Origin: a virus
Taxonomy: Duplodnaviria; Caudoviricetes
Direction: 5' to 3' (one strand)
DNA length: 64,000 bases
Virus record (IMG/VR): IMGVR_UViG_3300032321_001270
Location: 1-64,000 of that record
Within the stretch, counting starts at the first letter, position 1. Each line of letters starts with the position of its first letter. Below the pieces are notes generated by a model. The model saw nothing but the letters and a program-made list of their open reading frames with translations, ran no database searches and was not told the origin of the DNA. This document shows, piece after piece, positions 45,787 through 53,769 of the stretch. Made by a program: the position numbers and the translations under genes.

Positions 45787-47757
45787 TCATACTCGTTGTG
45801 GTTGGAGGAGTTTCATCGACTTGGCAAACATGGTGGGATCTAACTGTGGCTTGGGTGGAGCTTTGGGAGCGCCCCGGAGGAAAGATTGCCCTAAGCCGGT
45901 GAGGCCGTACCCGGCGGCGCCCATCAGACCGATTGCACCCAAACCAGCTCCAGTGCGCCGAAATGCGCCCTTTGCCAGATCTTTGAGCATCTGCCCTTTG
46001 TGCGTGACAAGTACAGGTTCGAAAATGTCGCTGAGTGCGGCGCGATTGGGCAGCACGGCTTGTACGGGGCCGCCGGGTTTCGCTGCGCCGGCTGCTTCAT
46101 AAACAGCCGGGATGAACGAACCGCAATGATGTCCGGTGCACGCGCCCCCACGCCCAAACAAACCGCGGAGTCGGTTCAGGCCCGTGATTTCGCCGAGCGC
46201 TGTGCCGCCTGCGCCTGTTGCGTTGTAAGGCTTCCATGCTTCTTGCTTGAACGCCTGCAACAAGTTATCAGAATCAATGTTGCCTTTGGGGCGCATCCAA
46301 AGCGTGCCCTTGTGGCCCAGCTCTTTGTTACCCGCACGATAATAACCAAGCGGATTCTGGCTCGACCCTTCAGCCACCGTGTGCTTGTAGACGTTATCAG
46401 CACTGGGATTGAACAATGTTTGCGGGCGTTTGGAAGCTTGCGCGGCGTCACGGGCTGGTTGGTGTTTTGTAAAATTTGAGAAGTCTGCCAACCACTCCCG
46501 CATGGTTTTATAGGCTGAACTTGGGCCTTCTTGCCAGAGTTTTTCACCAGTATCCGCCGCCGCAAACGCTGCATAATCCGTTGGCGACATGCCCTGCACA
46601 GCGTTTGCGTGCATGCCACCGTGGAGCAAGCTGGGCACAAAAGTCTCAAACTGCTTGGGTTTGAACAGCGCGGACCGAGGCAACGCAGACGCATCACCGC
46701 CCGCTGCTTGTAACAAAGCTTCGATGGTCTTTTGTTGCGTGGGAGTCTTTACGCCGCGAGCTTCTAAGTTTTTGGCCAACCGATCCCACATCGTCGGTTG
46801 ATCAAGCCGTAGCTCGTCGGCGATAGCCTTGAGCTTGGGATTCTTCGCACCCATTTCGTCAAAACGGCGGGCAAGCATTTCGTGACGCGACGCACTGTCT
46901 GTCATGTGCTGCAGCTGCCGCTCGAAGTCTTTTGCCGCTGTGTGCGGACCCTCGAAGAACGGCGCTGTTTGCCAGACAGCCTTGGGATTTCCAGTGCGTG
47001 TCGTGCCTACATGGCCTGTCTGTGTATTTCCCGAGTTCTTTTTGATATCTGCAAGTAACGTCTTAAAGTCTGACACTGAACGCGTCTTGGACTTTAACAA
47101 ATCATCAAGTTCATTGGCGCTTGGTCGGGGTGTCGCAGGACGCACCGCAGCCGCATCACCAGACCGTACTGCTTTGTCGTACGTGTCCCATGCTTTCTGG
47201 CGCGCTTGAGCCTTGGCCAACTGGGCTGTTCGAGAGCGCAGACGTTCTTTAGCGTAGCCGTATTGTTCAGTCCCGCGACCGGCGTCTAGCGCGTCGGCAT
47301 CAAGGCGCTTGGCAAACCGCTCGGGGTTCGTGGCCATCTCGGGCGAATATAACTCGCCGCGCTCGTTCATTAAGTATGCCAGCGCCGGGCCTAATTCTCC
47401 CGGTTCGGCTCCGGTGATTTTCCAATGCGGGCGCACATAATGGCCGGCGATCTGGCCGTGCGCGCCCACACCACCAGAGGCGCCATGCGAACCATGGACC
47501 AGCGCATTGGTAAACGTACTGCCGCCGCCCTGCAACCCAGAAACACCAAAGTCACCCGGATTGATCGTGGTCAGTACTTTGCGCAGATCCACGTTGCCGT
47601 TGGGTAGCGTGGCGTCTGGGGCCGCTTCCAGCATCTTGCGATACTGTGGGTATTCCCGCAGCAGATATTCCAGCAGCCCGACCGTCGGCAGACTGGCCCC
47701 GGCAACTGCGCCTACCGGGCGATAGTCAAACGGGGCATTCTGGTCGTTTGCGGGCAT
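45787..47757 (-). CDS. Large hypothetical protein, possible permuted NlpC/P60 (YiiX-like) hydrolase with an insertion and a C-terminal TM
   Basis: KPYN...CGSFIPAVYEAAG near the C-terminus; candidate His in AHGQI near the N-terminus; GAGLGAIGLMGAAGYG tail. Confidence 0.4.
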   Translation of the reverse strand: MPANDQNAPFDYRPVGAVAGASLPTVGLLEYLLREYPQYRKMLEAAPDATLPNGNVDLRKVLTTINPGDFGVSGLQGGGSTFTNALVHGSHGASGGVGAHGQIAGHYVRPHWKITGAEPGELGPALAYLMNERGELYSPEMATNPERFAKRLDADALDAGRGTEQYGYAKERLRSRTAQLAKAQARQKAWDTYDKAVRSGDAAAVRPATPRPSANELDDLLKSKTRSVSDFKTLLADIKKNSGNTQTGHVGTTRTGNPKAVWQTAPFFEGPHTAAKDFERQLQHMTDSASRHEMLARRFDEMGAKNPKLKAIADELRLDQPTMWDRLAKNLEARGVKTPTQQKTIEALLQAAGGDASALPRSALFKPKQFETFVPSLLHGGMHANAVQGMSPTDYAAFAAADTGEKLWQEGPSSAYKTMREWLADFSNFTKHQPARDAAQASKRPQTLFNPSADNVYKHTVAEGSSQNPLGYYRAGNKELGHKGTLWMRPKGNIDSDNLLQAFKQEAWKPYNATGAGGTALGEITGLNRLRGLFGRGGACTGHHCGSFIPAVYEAAGAAKPGGPVQAVLPNRAALSDIFEPVLVTHKGQMLKDLAKGAFRRTGAGLGAIGLMGAAGYGLTGLGQSFLRGAPKAPPKPQLDPTMFAKSMKLLQPQRV

Positions 47758-47875
47758 AACTGAGGCGCCGATTTTGATAGCAATAGCCCAAGTCTACTGA
47801 AGTTTATTCTAGTACAAAAGCAAAGCTGGGCTGAAAAGTTGTTATGGGGCCGAAAAAACAGTTACCAGAGCGCTG

Positions 47876-47940
47876 ATAGCTAAAAAAACGCTTACGCGTG
47901 CGGAGCCGTCGCCTCCGCTGCCGATAGATTGTTACGCCCG
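47876..47940 (-). repeat. Terminator-containing ~65-bp repeat, copy 1
   Basis: 24-bp core TGCGGAGCCGTCGCCTCCGCTGCC (47899-47922) identical to 54912-54935; hairpin plus T-run on the minus strand. Confidence 0.8.
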
Positions 47941-48198
47941 TCATGCGGCCGCCTGCCAGTCTTTTAACTGCGTGGCGACCACACATTCCAGCTGGAAATA
48001 AACCAGCTTTTCCTCTTCGCTTGCCGCGGTCCGTTGACCGGACTGCGCAACAAAGAGAAAATCGTTCCACTTTTCAACCGACGAGCGCCGCGAAACCTTG
48101 TGGCCTTCAAACGGCGTCCAGTACGCATCCATCGCGTCCAGCACCACGTCGCGGACACGCTTGGCCGATTCCAGACTGCGTTCAACGTACGACTGCAT
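47941..48198 (-). CDS. Hypothetical protein
   Basis: Start re-called at MQSYVE with GGAG RBS. Confidence 0.55.
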   Translation of the reverse strand: MQSYVERSLESAKRVRDVVLDAMDAYWTPFEGHKVSRRSSVEKWNDFLFVAQSGQRTAASEEEKLVYFQLECVVATQLKDWQAAA

Positions 48199-48278
48199 GA
48201 TATTTCTCCATGAGCGAAAGAACACGGCTGGAGCCACAACACGTGGCTTACCAGCAAGCAGCTAACACTGCTCATTAG

Positions 48279-48307
48279 ATATGACCGTTTTTTGCCCGAT
48301 ATTTAGC
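48279..48307 (-). promoter_or_regulatory. Phage-specific promoter-like motif, copy 1
   Basis: Minus strand GCTAAATA-N12-CGGTCATAT, 81 nt upstream of the 48198 start. Confidence 0.65.
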
Positions 48308-48324
48308 TCTGGGCTTTGATAGCT

Positions 48325-48383
48325 AAACAAAAGCCTGCAGCCCCGGGGCTTGGGCAGCACCCGGGGACTTGCAGGACTTTGTT
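48325..48383 (-). terminator. Intrinsic terminator
   Basis: CCTGCA..CCCCGGG / CCCGGGG..TGCAGG stem flanked by A/T tracts, downstream of the 48398 gene. Confidence 0.6.
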
Positions 48384-48397
48384 GCCGCACTAGGCGA

Positions 48398-49018
48398 CTA
48401 GGCAGCGGCGAGAGCTTGCTTACGGGCCTCACCGATCACCTCCGCGCGGACGCCGGCCTTGAAGAACGTGTAGCACGTCTCCGCCAGCACGCCGCCGGTA
48501 ATGGCGCTCGTCATGATCGCCACCATCTTGGCGGTCTCCGTCGCAGCGCCGGCCGCGATGGCCACACCGCCGATGGTGGTGCCGACGAGGATGCCGCCCG
48601 TGATGGCGACACCGATCGCAGCCGCGCCACACAGGACGTTCACCGCCGAGACGCTGATGTTCTGGGAGGACACCAGCTCGACGATGTAGCCGCGGGCCGC
48701 CATATAGGCGTCCTTGGCCTTGCCGGTCGCCCAGCTCGCCTGTGCGGACAGCCAGTTCAGCGCCGCCGTGAGGAACTCCTTCATGGAGTTGTACACGTGG
48801 CCCATGAACTCGTACACGACGCCGGCGATCTCGACGACGCTCGACAAGAGCGCCTCCAGCGTTTCCGTCGCGCCGACCACGAGAGCCGTGATCGGGCCCA
48901 TCTCCACCGGCTTGGGGCGACGACGGCCGGTGCCGCCGAGACGGACAACCTTGCCCGTCTTGTTCTTCGCCTTGACGCCGCCGTGACCGCCGACCGTCTT
49001 CTTCGTCTTCGTCTTCAT
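48398..49018 (-). CDS. Membrane protein with a Lys-rich N-terminus
   Basis: MKTKTKKTVG...; long Ala/Gly/Ile hydrophobic hairpin; GGAG RBS. Confidence 0.6.
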   Translation of the reverse strand: MKTKTKKTVGGHGGVKAKNKTGKVVRLGGTGRRRPKPVEMGPITALVVGATETLEALLSSVVEIAGVVYEFMGHVYNSMKEFLTAALNWLSAQASWATGKAKDAYMAARGYIVELVSSQNISVSAVNVLCGAAAIGVAITGGILVGTTIGGVAIAAGAATETAKMVAIMTSAITGGVLAETCYTFFKAGVRAEVIGEARKQALAAA

Positions 49019-49103
49019 CTGAGGTTCTCCCAAAACATGGTTAGTTACACAGAAGCTCGGGTAACTTAGTCCGAGGACGCCAATAACACATTGGCATCAT
49101 TAG

Positions 49104-49132
49104 ATATACCCGCTTTTCGGCTTTTATTTAGC
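49104..49132 (-). promoter_or_regulatory. Phage-specific promoter-like motif, copy 2
   Basis: GCTAAATA-N12-CGGGTATAT. Confidence 0.65.
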
Positions 49133-49134
49133 TA

Positions 49135-50277
49135 TTAGCCGAGATCGCGGGTCTTGAGCACCAGCTTTTCCTGCGCGGGCCATAACAGCATCTGCTGCAT
49201 GGTATCCACGCTGGTGACATCCTTGAGCAGCTTGAGGGCTACCTGCGGATTCGCCTGTATTATCTCTGGAGCTGGCTTCGCTTCCTTGCACGCCAGAGAT
49301 AAGTCTTCATGCCGGGTGAACGTATCCCACTTCCAATCTTTACCGTTCTTGGGGTTGTGCTTTTTCAGCTCCCCATTCAGGTAATGATTAGTTTGCACAA
49401 GGCCGTGTTTCCTTGTGCGAATGTAGGTATGTTCCCCGGTATGTGCTACGACCGTATGTTCCTTGGGTTGCGTGCCAACGACGTGTGCAAAGAATGGCAC
49501 CATCGTTCGCTGCGCGCGTAACCCAAGAATTAACTTCTCGTAGCTTGGCATCTTGTCGCAGACGGCTCTGACCCGGTGCAATGCGGGCCATGCCTGTAGA
49601 AACTGCGGAACCGATGTCACGGCGTTTGTCGCGTTCGCAAACACCGAAGTTAACGTACCCCACCAGCTGTCGTCGTTTTCCTCGTCTTCTTCTTCGTCAA
49701 CGAGGGACTTCACGATTGGAGCTTGGTTCACGACCAGACCCCATTGGTCGCTCATCGCGCTGACCACGCCCACCATGCCCGCAACGCCCACCGAAGTGTA
49801 GCTTTTGCGGCCGCGATGAAACCTGATCAGGCGCGTGTGCTTCCCTGTGGAAGGCGGCGTGACCCAGTCCATGTTGCGCACAATCATGGGGCTGGAATCA
49901 ACATCGAAGCTGGCGGAACTGCACCCACAACCGTACATCTCTGAAAGAGACGTAAAGTCATAGATTAAGTTCCCCAGCAGGAGTTTCCCCACAGGAACTT
50001 CAGCGTGCTGCGCAATGCAACTGAGTTCCTGCGGGTATTCGAGTCCGGCGCGCTCCAAGAGCCACCGGGTGATCGAGCCTCCGCCGCTTGCCAGCATCTT
50101 CACGGCAGCACGTGTGCTTTCGGAAAGATGTGGCAAGATGTCCTCGTCGATGTAATCTTCTACATCTCCGAGGATGGACTGAATTGCATCTCCGTTTTTG
50201 ATAGCAAAATCAGTCCAGCGCTCGTCTGGTGGTTCCTCCAAGTCGATGTCATAGATCTTCCCTGTGTAGAGTTTCAT
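49135..50277 (-). CDS. Acid ceramidase/NAAA-like Ntn hydrolase
   Basis: IDLEEPPDERW N-terminus; nucleophile C-S-S-A after GCG; RNMDW; VQTNH. Confidence 0.75.
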   Translation of the reverse strand: MKLYTGKIYDIDLEEPPDERWTDFAIKNGDAIQSILGDVEDYIDEDILPHLSESTRAAVKMLASGGGSITRWLLERAGLEYPQELSCIAQHAEVPVGKLLLGNLIYDFTSLSEMYGCGCSSASFDVDSSPMIVRNMDWVTPPSTGKHTRLIRFHRGRKSYTSVGVAGMVGVVSAMSDQWGLVVNQAPIVKSLVDEEEDEENDDSWWGTLTSVFANATNAVTSVPQFLQAWPALHRVRAVCDKMPSYEKLILGLRAQRTMVPFFAHVVGTQPKEHTVVAHTGEHTYIRTRKHGLVQTNHYLNGELKKHNPKNGKDWKWDTFTRHEDLSLACKEAKPAPEIIQANPQVALKLLKDVTSVDTMQQMLLWPAQEKLVLKTRDLG

Positions 50278-50552
50278 ATGACACGTACTTTCTGGTTGAA
50301 CCATTCACGCACGAACACTTCGGCCGTGGCCCTGAGCGTGACACCCTGAGCCAAAGCCATTTTCTCGACCGCCGCGAGTTCGGGGCCAAGGATCTTTTTC
50401 CAGTTTTCGACACACATGTCTGTGTGCCGCTGGATCTCTTCTTCCGTCGGGTTCTCTGGCGGAAACTCGGTTGGCGTGCTGATCTTGGCCAGATCCTGCA
50501 CTGCCACGTCACGCCGGTCACGCCGTTCTTCGCTGGTGATGAACCTAACCAT
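50274..50552 (-). CDS. Hypothetical protein
   Basis: AAGGAGG RBS; ATGA overlap with the downstream gene. Confidence 0.6.
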   Translation of the reverse strand: MVRFITSEERRDRRDVAVQDLAKISTPTEFPPENPTEEEIQRHTDMCVENWKKILGPELAAVEKMALAQGVTLRATAEVFVREWFNQKVRVI

Positions 50553-50623
50553 GGCGCACCTCCTTGGCTGCTTTAAGCGCAGCAGGACACAGATCTGCCC
50601 AATACACTACTGGGCGTCACTGA

Positions 50624-50652
50624 ATATGACCGGAATTGAGCTTTTATTTAGC
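50624..50652 (-). promoter_or_regulatory. Phage-specific promoter-like motif, copy 3
   Basis: GCTAAATA-N12-CGGTCATAT. Confidence 0.65.
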
Positions 50653-50654
50653 TA

Positions 50655-52148
50655 TCAGCGCTGGGCCGCCGGAACGATGCCCTGCAGCTGGCCCCACGTT
50701 CTGGCGTCGGTTGTCGGGCCGCCCCACGCAGTCAGATTTGTGCGAATCTTGTCGCCGGTGATCGTGTTGCTCATGTTTCGGCGCCCCATGCCGGCCATAA
50801 CGCGCTCGAACCTAGCACTTGCGTCAGCCAATGCCTGCTGGGCTTGTTGCGTATCGCCAAAGCGCGGAAAACCACCGGGAGCAGCGCCGGGCATACGCAT
50901 CCGTGCCGTAGGCGCTTGTGCCGGGCGCTTGTTTGCGCGCATGAGATAATTATGCACGTTTTCCATGATGTCTGGGTGGCGCATTAAGCTCTCACCGCGG
51001 GCTGCAGCGAGCGGGCCAGCCACAGACGGATGCACGTTGGCGATGTTTAACTTGGGGGCTACAGCCTTGGCCGCCGTATTAGCTACGGCCTTTGCGCCAC
51101 CACCAAATAACCGACCAAGGCCGCCAAAGTTGAGCCCGGCTTCTTTGCCAAACTCATACGCGCTGGAGCACTTGCAGTTCCATTTGCGCAGGGATTTATT
51201 AATGCGCGAGTCTGGGTCTTTCTTTGTATCGGCGCCAGTGTTTACGCGTTTCATGCCACACATCCGGGAGCAAAAAGAGTTCTGGCGCTTGGCCCGATCG
51301 CCTTTAGGATTGCTCTCGGTGACGGGTGCTTTCAGGTGGCCGCCCGTGGCTTTGTTATAGCTGGCGCGCCCCTTGGCGTTGAGGCCGCCTTCGTCATTCT
51401 TGCCGGCAGATCGTTGCCACGCAGGTGTGCCGGCCAGCTTTTCGCCGCCTGCTGAGTTCGCTGTACCAAGGGCGGCATTGCCATTGATATCACCCGTCGT
51501 GGACAGCCCGCCAAAGGCATTGATCGGGTTGGCGTTAGCCGAGTTTCCACCGCCTACAGGTGGCAGTTGACCCTCGGCGCCGGTGGGAGCAGGGGTAGCC
51601 GGGCTGGCGGCCTGCTGGGGCGCCTGTGGAGCTTGTGACTGCATCCCCATGGGCAGGGGCGTACCCATCGCGGGCATGGCGTATCGCTTAATTCCGGCGT
51701 TTGCAGGCACCATGGCGGCATCGCGGGCCTCCTGTTCAGCCTTTTCGTTCTCTAAAGCCTGCTGGATGGATTGCGATAACACTGCAGAAAGCTTCGCCAT
51801 CAAGCTGTTTACGCCGGTTTTGGGCATATTTCCACACCCACACGAATCCTGCTTGGTTTTCTTTACTTCTGTCTGTTCTTGGCCCGCATACGTTGGCTTT
51901 TCCCCCTGCGGCATAGCGACTCGGACCTCTGTAACCCCACTTTTCTTCAAGAACTTGGCGTAAATATCGAGGGCGACGGAGTTTACAGCAGATTGTTTAT
52001 TGTTTGTTTCCACAGGTTCGTCCTTTTTATTCTTATGCGCATACAGGGGGAGCTTTTTCTGGTTTGGATACTCATGCGCCCAGCGTTTCGCAATATCTGG
52101 ATGCTCGGCCCAGAGAAATCTGCGCTGCTTTTCTGACTTGAATGGCAT
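50655..52148 (-). CDS. Modular virion-associated protein (MPFKS N-terminal module, DUF6321-like module, K-x-A motifs)
   Basis: MPFKSEKQRRFLWAEHPDIAKRW; EKLA then AWQRSAGKNDEGGLNAKGRASY...SFCSRM...SRINKSLRKWNC; SAYEFGKEAG. Confidence 0.6.
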   Translation of the reverse strand: MPFKSEKQRRFLWAEHPDIAKRWAHEYPNQKKLPLYAHKNKKDEPVETNNKQSAVNSVALDIYAKFLKKSGVTEVRVAMPQGEKPTYAGQEQTEVKKTKQDSCGCGNMPKTGVNSLMAKLSAVLSQSIQQALENEKAEQEARDAAMVPANAGIKRYAMPAMGTPLPMGMQSQAPQAPQQAASPATPAPTGAEGQLPPVGGGNSANANPINAFGGLSTTGDINGNAALGTANSAGGEKLAGTPAWQRSAGKNDEGGLNAKGRASYNKATGGHLKAPVTESNPKGDRAKRQNSFCSRMCGMKRVNTGADTKKDPDSRINKSLRKWNCKCSSAYEFGKEAGLNFGGLGRLFGGGAKAVANTAAKAVAPKLNIANVHPSVAGPLAAARGESLMRHPDIMENVHNYLMRANKRPAQAPTARMRMPGAAPGGFPRFGDTQQAQQALADASARFERVMAGMGRRNMSNTITGDKIRTNLTAWGGPTTDARTWGQLQGIVPAAQR

Positions 52149-52337
52149 GGCGTAGCTCGTGATGGCGTGAACTTAAAGGAAATACCGAATAGTTCACGGA
52201 GTGCGGCTGTTCCCAAGCTGAATACGCCCATTTTGGCAGAAGAGGCGTGTGAAGAAAAGGGCGGGTAAGTGTGTCTGGTATAGTGAAGTTGATTTGTTAC
52301 ACACATCACGTCACTGAATGGTGACAAGGAGGGCGCC

Positions 52338-52661
52338 ATGCGGCTGCTATGGATTAGTTTACTTGCCCTAAGCTGCGTGATTGGTGCGGGAAGTGCTTTT
52401 GGTGAGAGCTTGTTGATGTTTTCTGCTGACTGGTGCAAATACTGTCAGAAAGCCAAGGCTGATCTGCTGGAGAAGCAAGACAGCGTACAGGAATGGAACT
52501 TGGATATTGTCGATATTGAACAAGAGCGCGAGTTAGCCCGGCAGTTTGCGCTCAAGAGTCTGCCCACGTTTATCGTACTGGACGACGACGGCCGGGAAAT
52601 GCGCCGGCTCGTTGGGTACCACGGTTTTGATAACTTAAAAGCGTGGGTCGAGAAGCGCTGA
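52338..52661 (+). CDS. Exported thioredoxin-like protein
   Basis: Signal peptide; FSADWCKYC; LPTFIV...GRE; AAGGAGG RBS; only convincing plus-strand gene in the window. Confidence 0.8.
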   Translation: MRLLWISLLALSCVIGAGSAFGESLLMFSADWCKYCQKAKADLLEKQDSVQEWNLDIVDIEQERELARQFALKSLPTFIVLDDDGREMRRLVGYHGFDNLKAWVEKR

Positions 52662-52691
52662 TAGCTAAAAAAAACGGAGAGTAGGTTTGCC

Positions 52692-53084
52692 CTATCTCTC
52701 CGTTTTAATTCCAGTATTTTTCTCGCGAAATATGGGCGCTTCAAGTAACGTGACAACGATAAACTCCTCGTTACTAGATAAACTACAGTCGTAATAAATA
52801 GAAAGCACCGGGGTGTCCAACACAGCGAAAAAAGATTTAGTGAAATAATCTGCTCCAGCATTCACCATGAGACACCGGCGCACAGATTTCAATAAGTCAC
52901 TGTCGATGGCGGGTGTAGCGGCAAACCGTTTTTCGGTCTCTGTTAACATGCCCGAAATACGGACAACGAACATATCAGCTATGATGCACGTTTTTATGTT
53001 ACTTGCGCCTTTTCCCATGTATTGCTGCATGAACTTGTTTACTGCAACACATATGGCAGCTTCGGCTTCTCCTTGCGTATACAT
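52692..53084 (-). CDS. DUF2294 (MpsC-like) family protein
   Basis: TQGEAEAAI...MGKGASNIKT...GMLTETEK...SIYYDCS...EEFIVVTL pattern. Confidence 0.65.
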   Translation of the reverse strand: MYTQGEAEAAICVAVNKFMQQYMGKGASNIKTCIIADMFVVRISGMLTETEKRFAATPAIDSDLLKSVRRCLMVNAGADYFTKSFFAVLDTPVLSIYYDCSLSSNEEFIVVTLLEAPIFREKNTGIKTER

Positions 53085-53124
53085 ATAGGCTCCACGAAGA
53101 GTGATAAAGACCAGCGGACATGTA

Positions 53125-53153
53125 ATATGCCCGGGTTTTGATAACTATTCAGC
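53125..53153 (-). promoter_or_regulatory. Phage-specific promoter-like motif, copy 4
   Basis: GCTGAATA-N12-CGGGCATAT. Confidence 0.6.
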
Positions 53154-53169
53154 CAGAGAGCTAATAGCT

Positions 53170-53215
53170 AAAAAAAGCGCACGCAGGGTCAGGGAAGAAT
53201 ACCTGCGTGCGCTTT
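53170..53215 (-). terminator. Intrinsic terminator
   Basis: AAAGCGCACGCAGG / CCTGCGTGCGCTTT stem with a T7 run on the minus strand. Confidence 0.75.
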
Positions 53216-53236
53216 CGCCTACTTCGAGAACTAGCA

Positions 53237-53437
53237 TCAAGCCAGTACTTCGTCGTAGGTCTGTTCCAACGGGTTGATGATGAGCCGGGGCTTGGGCTCG
53301 GGAGCTGGTTTGGGAGGCGCAACTACAGGAGCCTGCCAGCGTTCAGTCAGGTCGGTCCACGCAGGATCGATCTTGACCTTCTCGCACACCCAGCCCACGA
53401 ACGCCAGACCACCAAAGACCATGCAGGCCGTGGCCAT
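53237..53437 (-). CDS. Small single-TM protein
   Basis: 66 aa; hydrophobic N-terminus; Pro-rich tail; AAAGGA RBS. Confidence 0.5.
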   Translation of the reverse strand: MATACMVFGGLAFVGWVCEKVKIDPAWTDLTERWQAPVVAPPKPAPEPKPRLIINPLEQTYDEVLA

Positions 53438-53505
53438 GCTATTTCCTTTCTATAAAGCAGATAGAGGCCAGACGTAATTTTTGGCTTACGCCTCTCTATC
53501 ATCAA

Positions 53506-53534
53506 ATATGCCCGACTTTAGGGCAGTATTTAGC
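53506..53534 (-). promoter_or_regulatory. Phage-specific promoter-like motif, copy 5
   Basis: GCTAAATA-N12-CGGGCATAT. Confidence 0.65.
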
Positions 53535-53535
53535 T

Positions 53536-53622
53536 TCACAGAAAGACAACGATGCTCAGGTCGTCATCATCATCGTCAAAGTCAAACTCGATGCCGTAGA
53601 TATGCTTGGATGCGTTTGTCAT
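53536..53622 (-). CDS. 28-aa acidic peptide (missing from the ORF track)
   Basis: GAGG RBS then MTNASKHIYGIEFDFDDDDDDLSIVVFL-TGA. Confidence 0.45.
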   Translation of the reverse strand: MTNASKHIYGIEFDFDDDDDDLSIVVFL

Positions 53623-53769
53623 ATCTGTACCTCGCGACGACAGGTTTCAAAAACGTGTCGCTATTATATCGTTTTGATAACAATTCCCTTTCTGTAAGAA
53701 AACCGTATACGGCTTTCTTACAAAAGAAATGACGTAACATGTTGTCAAATAACAAGTTACGTCTAATAG

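Noticed and set aside
571-47725. Numerous plus-strand ORFs in the track (e.g. 9817-10683, 4213-4908, 30515-31315)
   Set aside because: Antisense shadows of long minus-strand genes in GC-rich DNA; no RBS or motifs
52205-52235. Extra copy of the N12 promoter motif upstream of the 52148 gene
   Set aside because: Only a partial GGGCGTATT box; the upstream GCTAAATA box is absent at the 12-nt spacing
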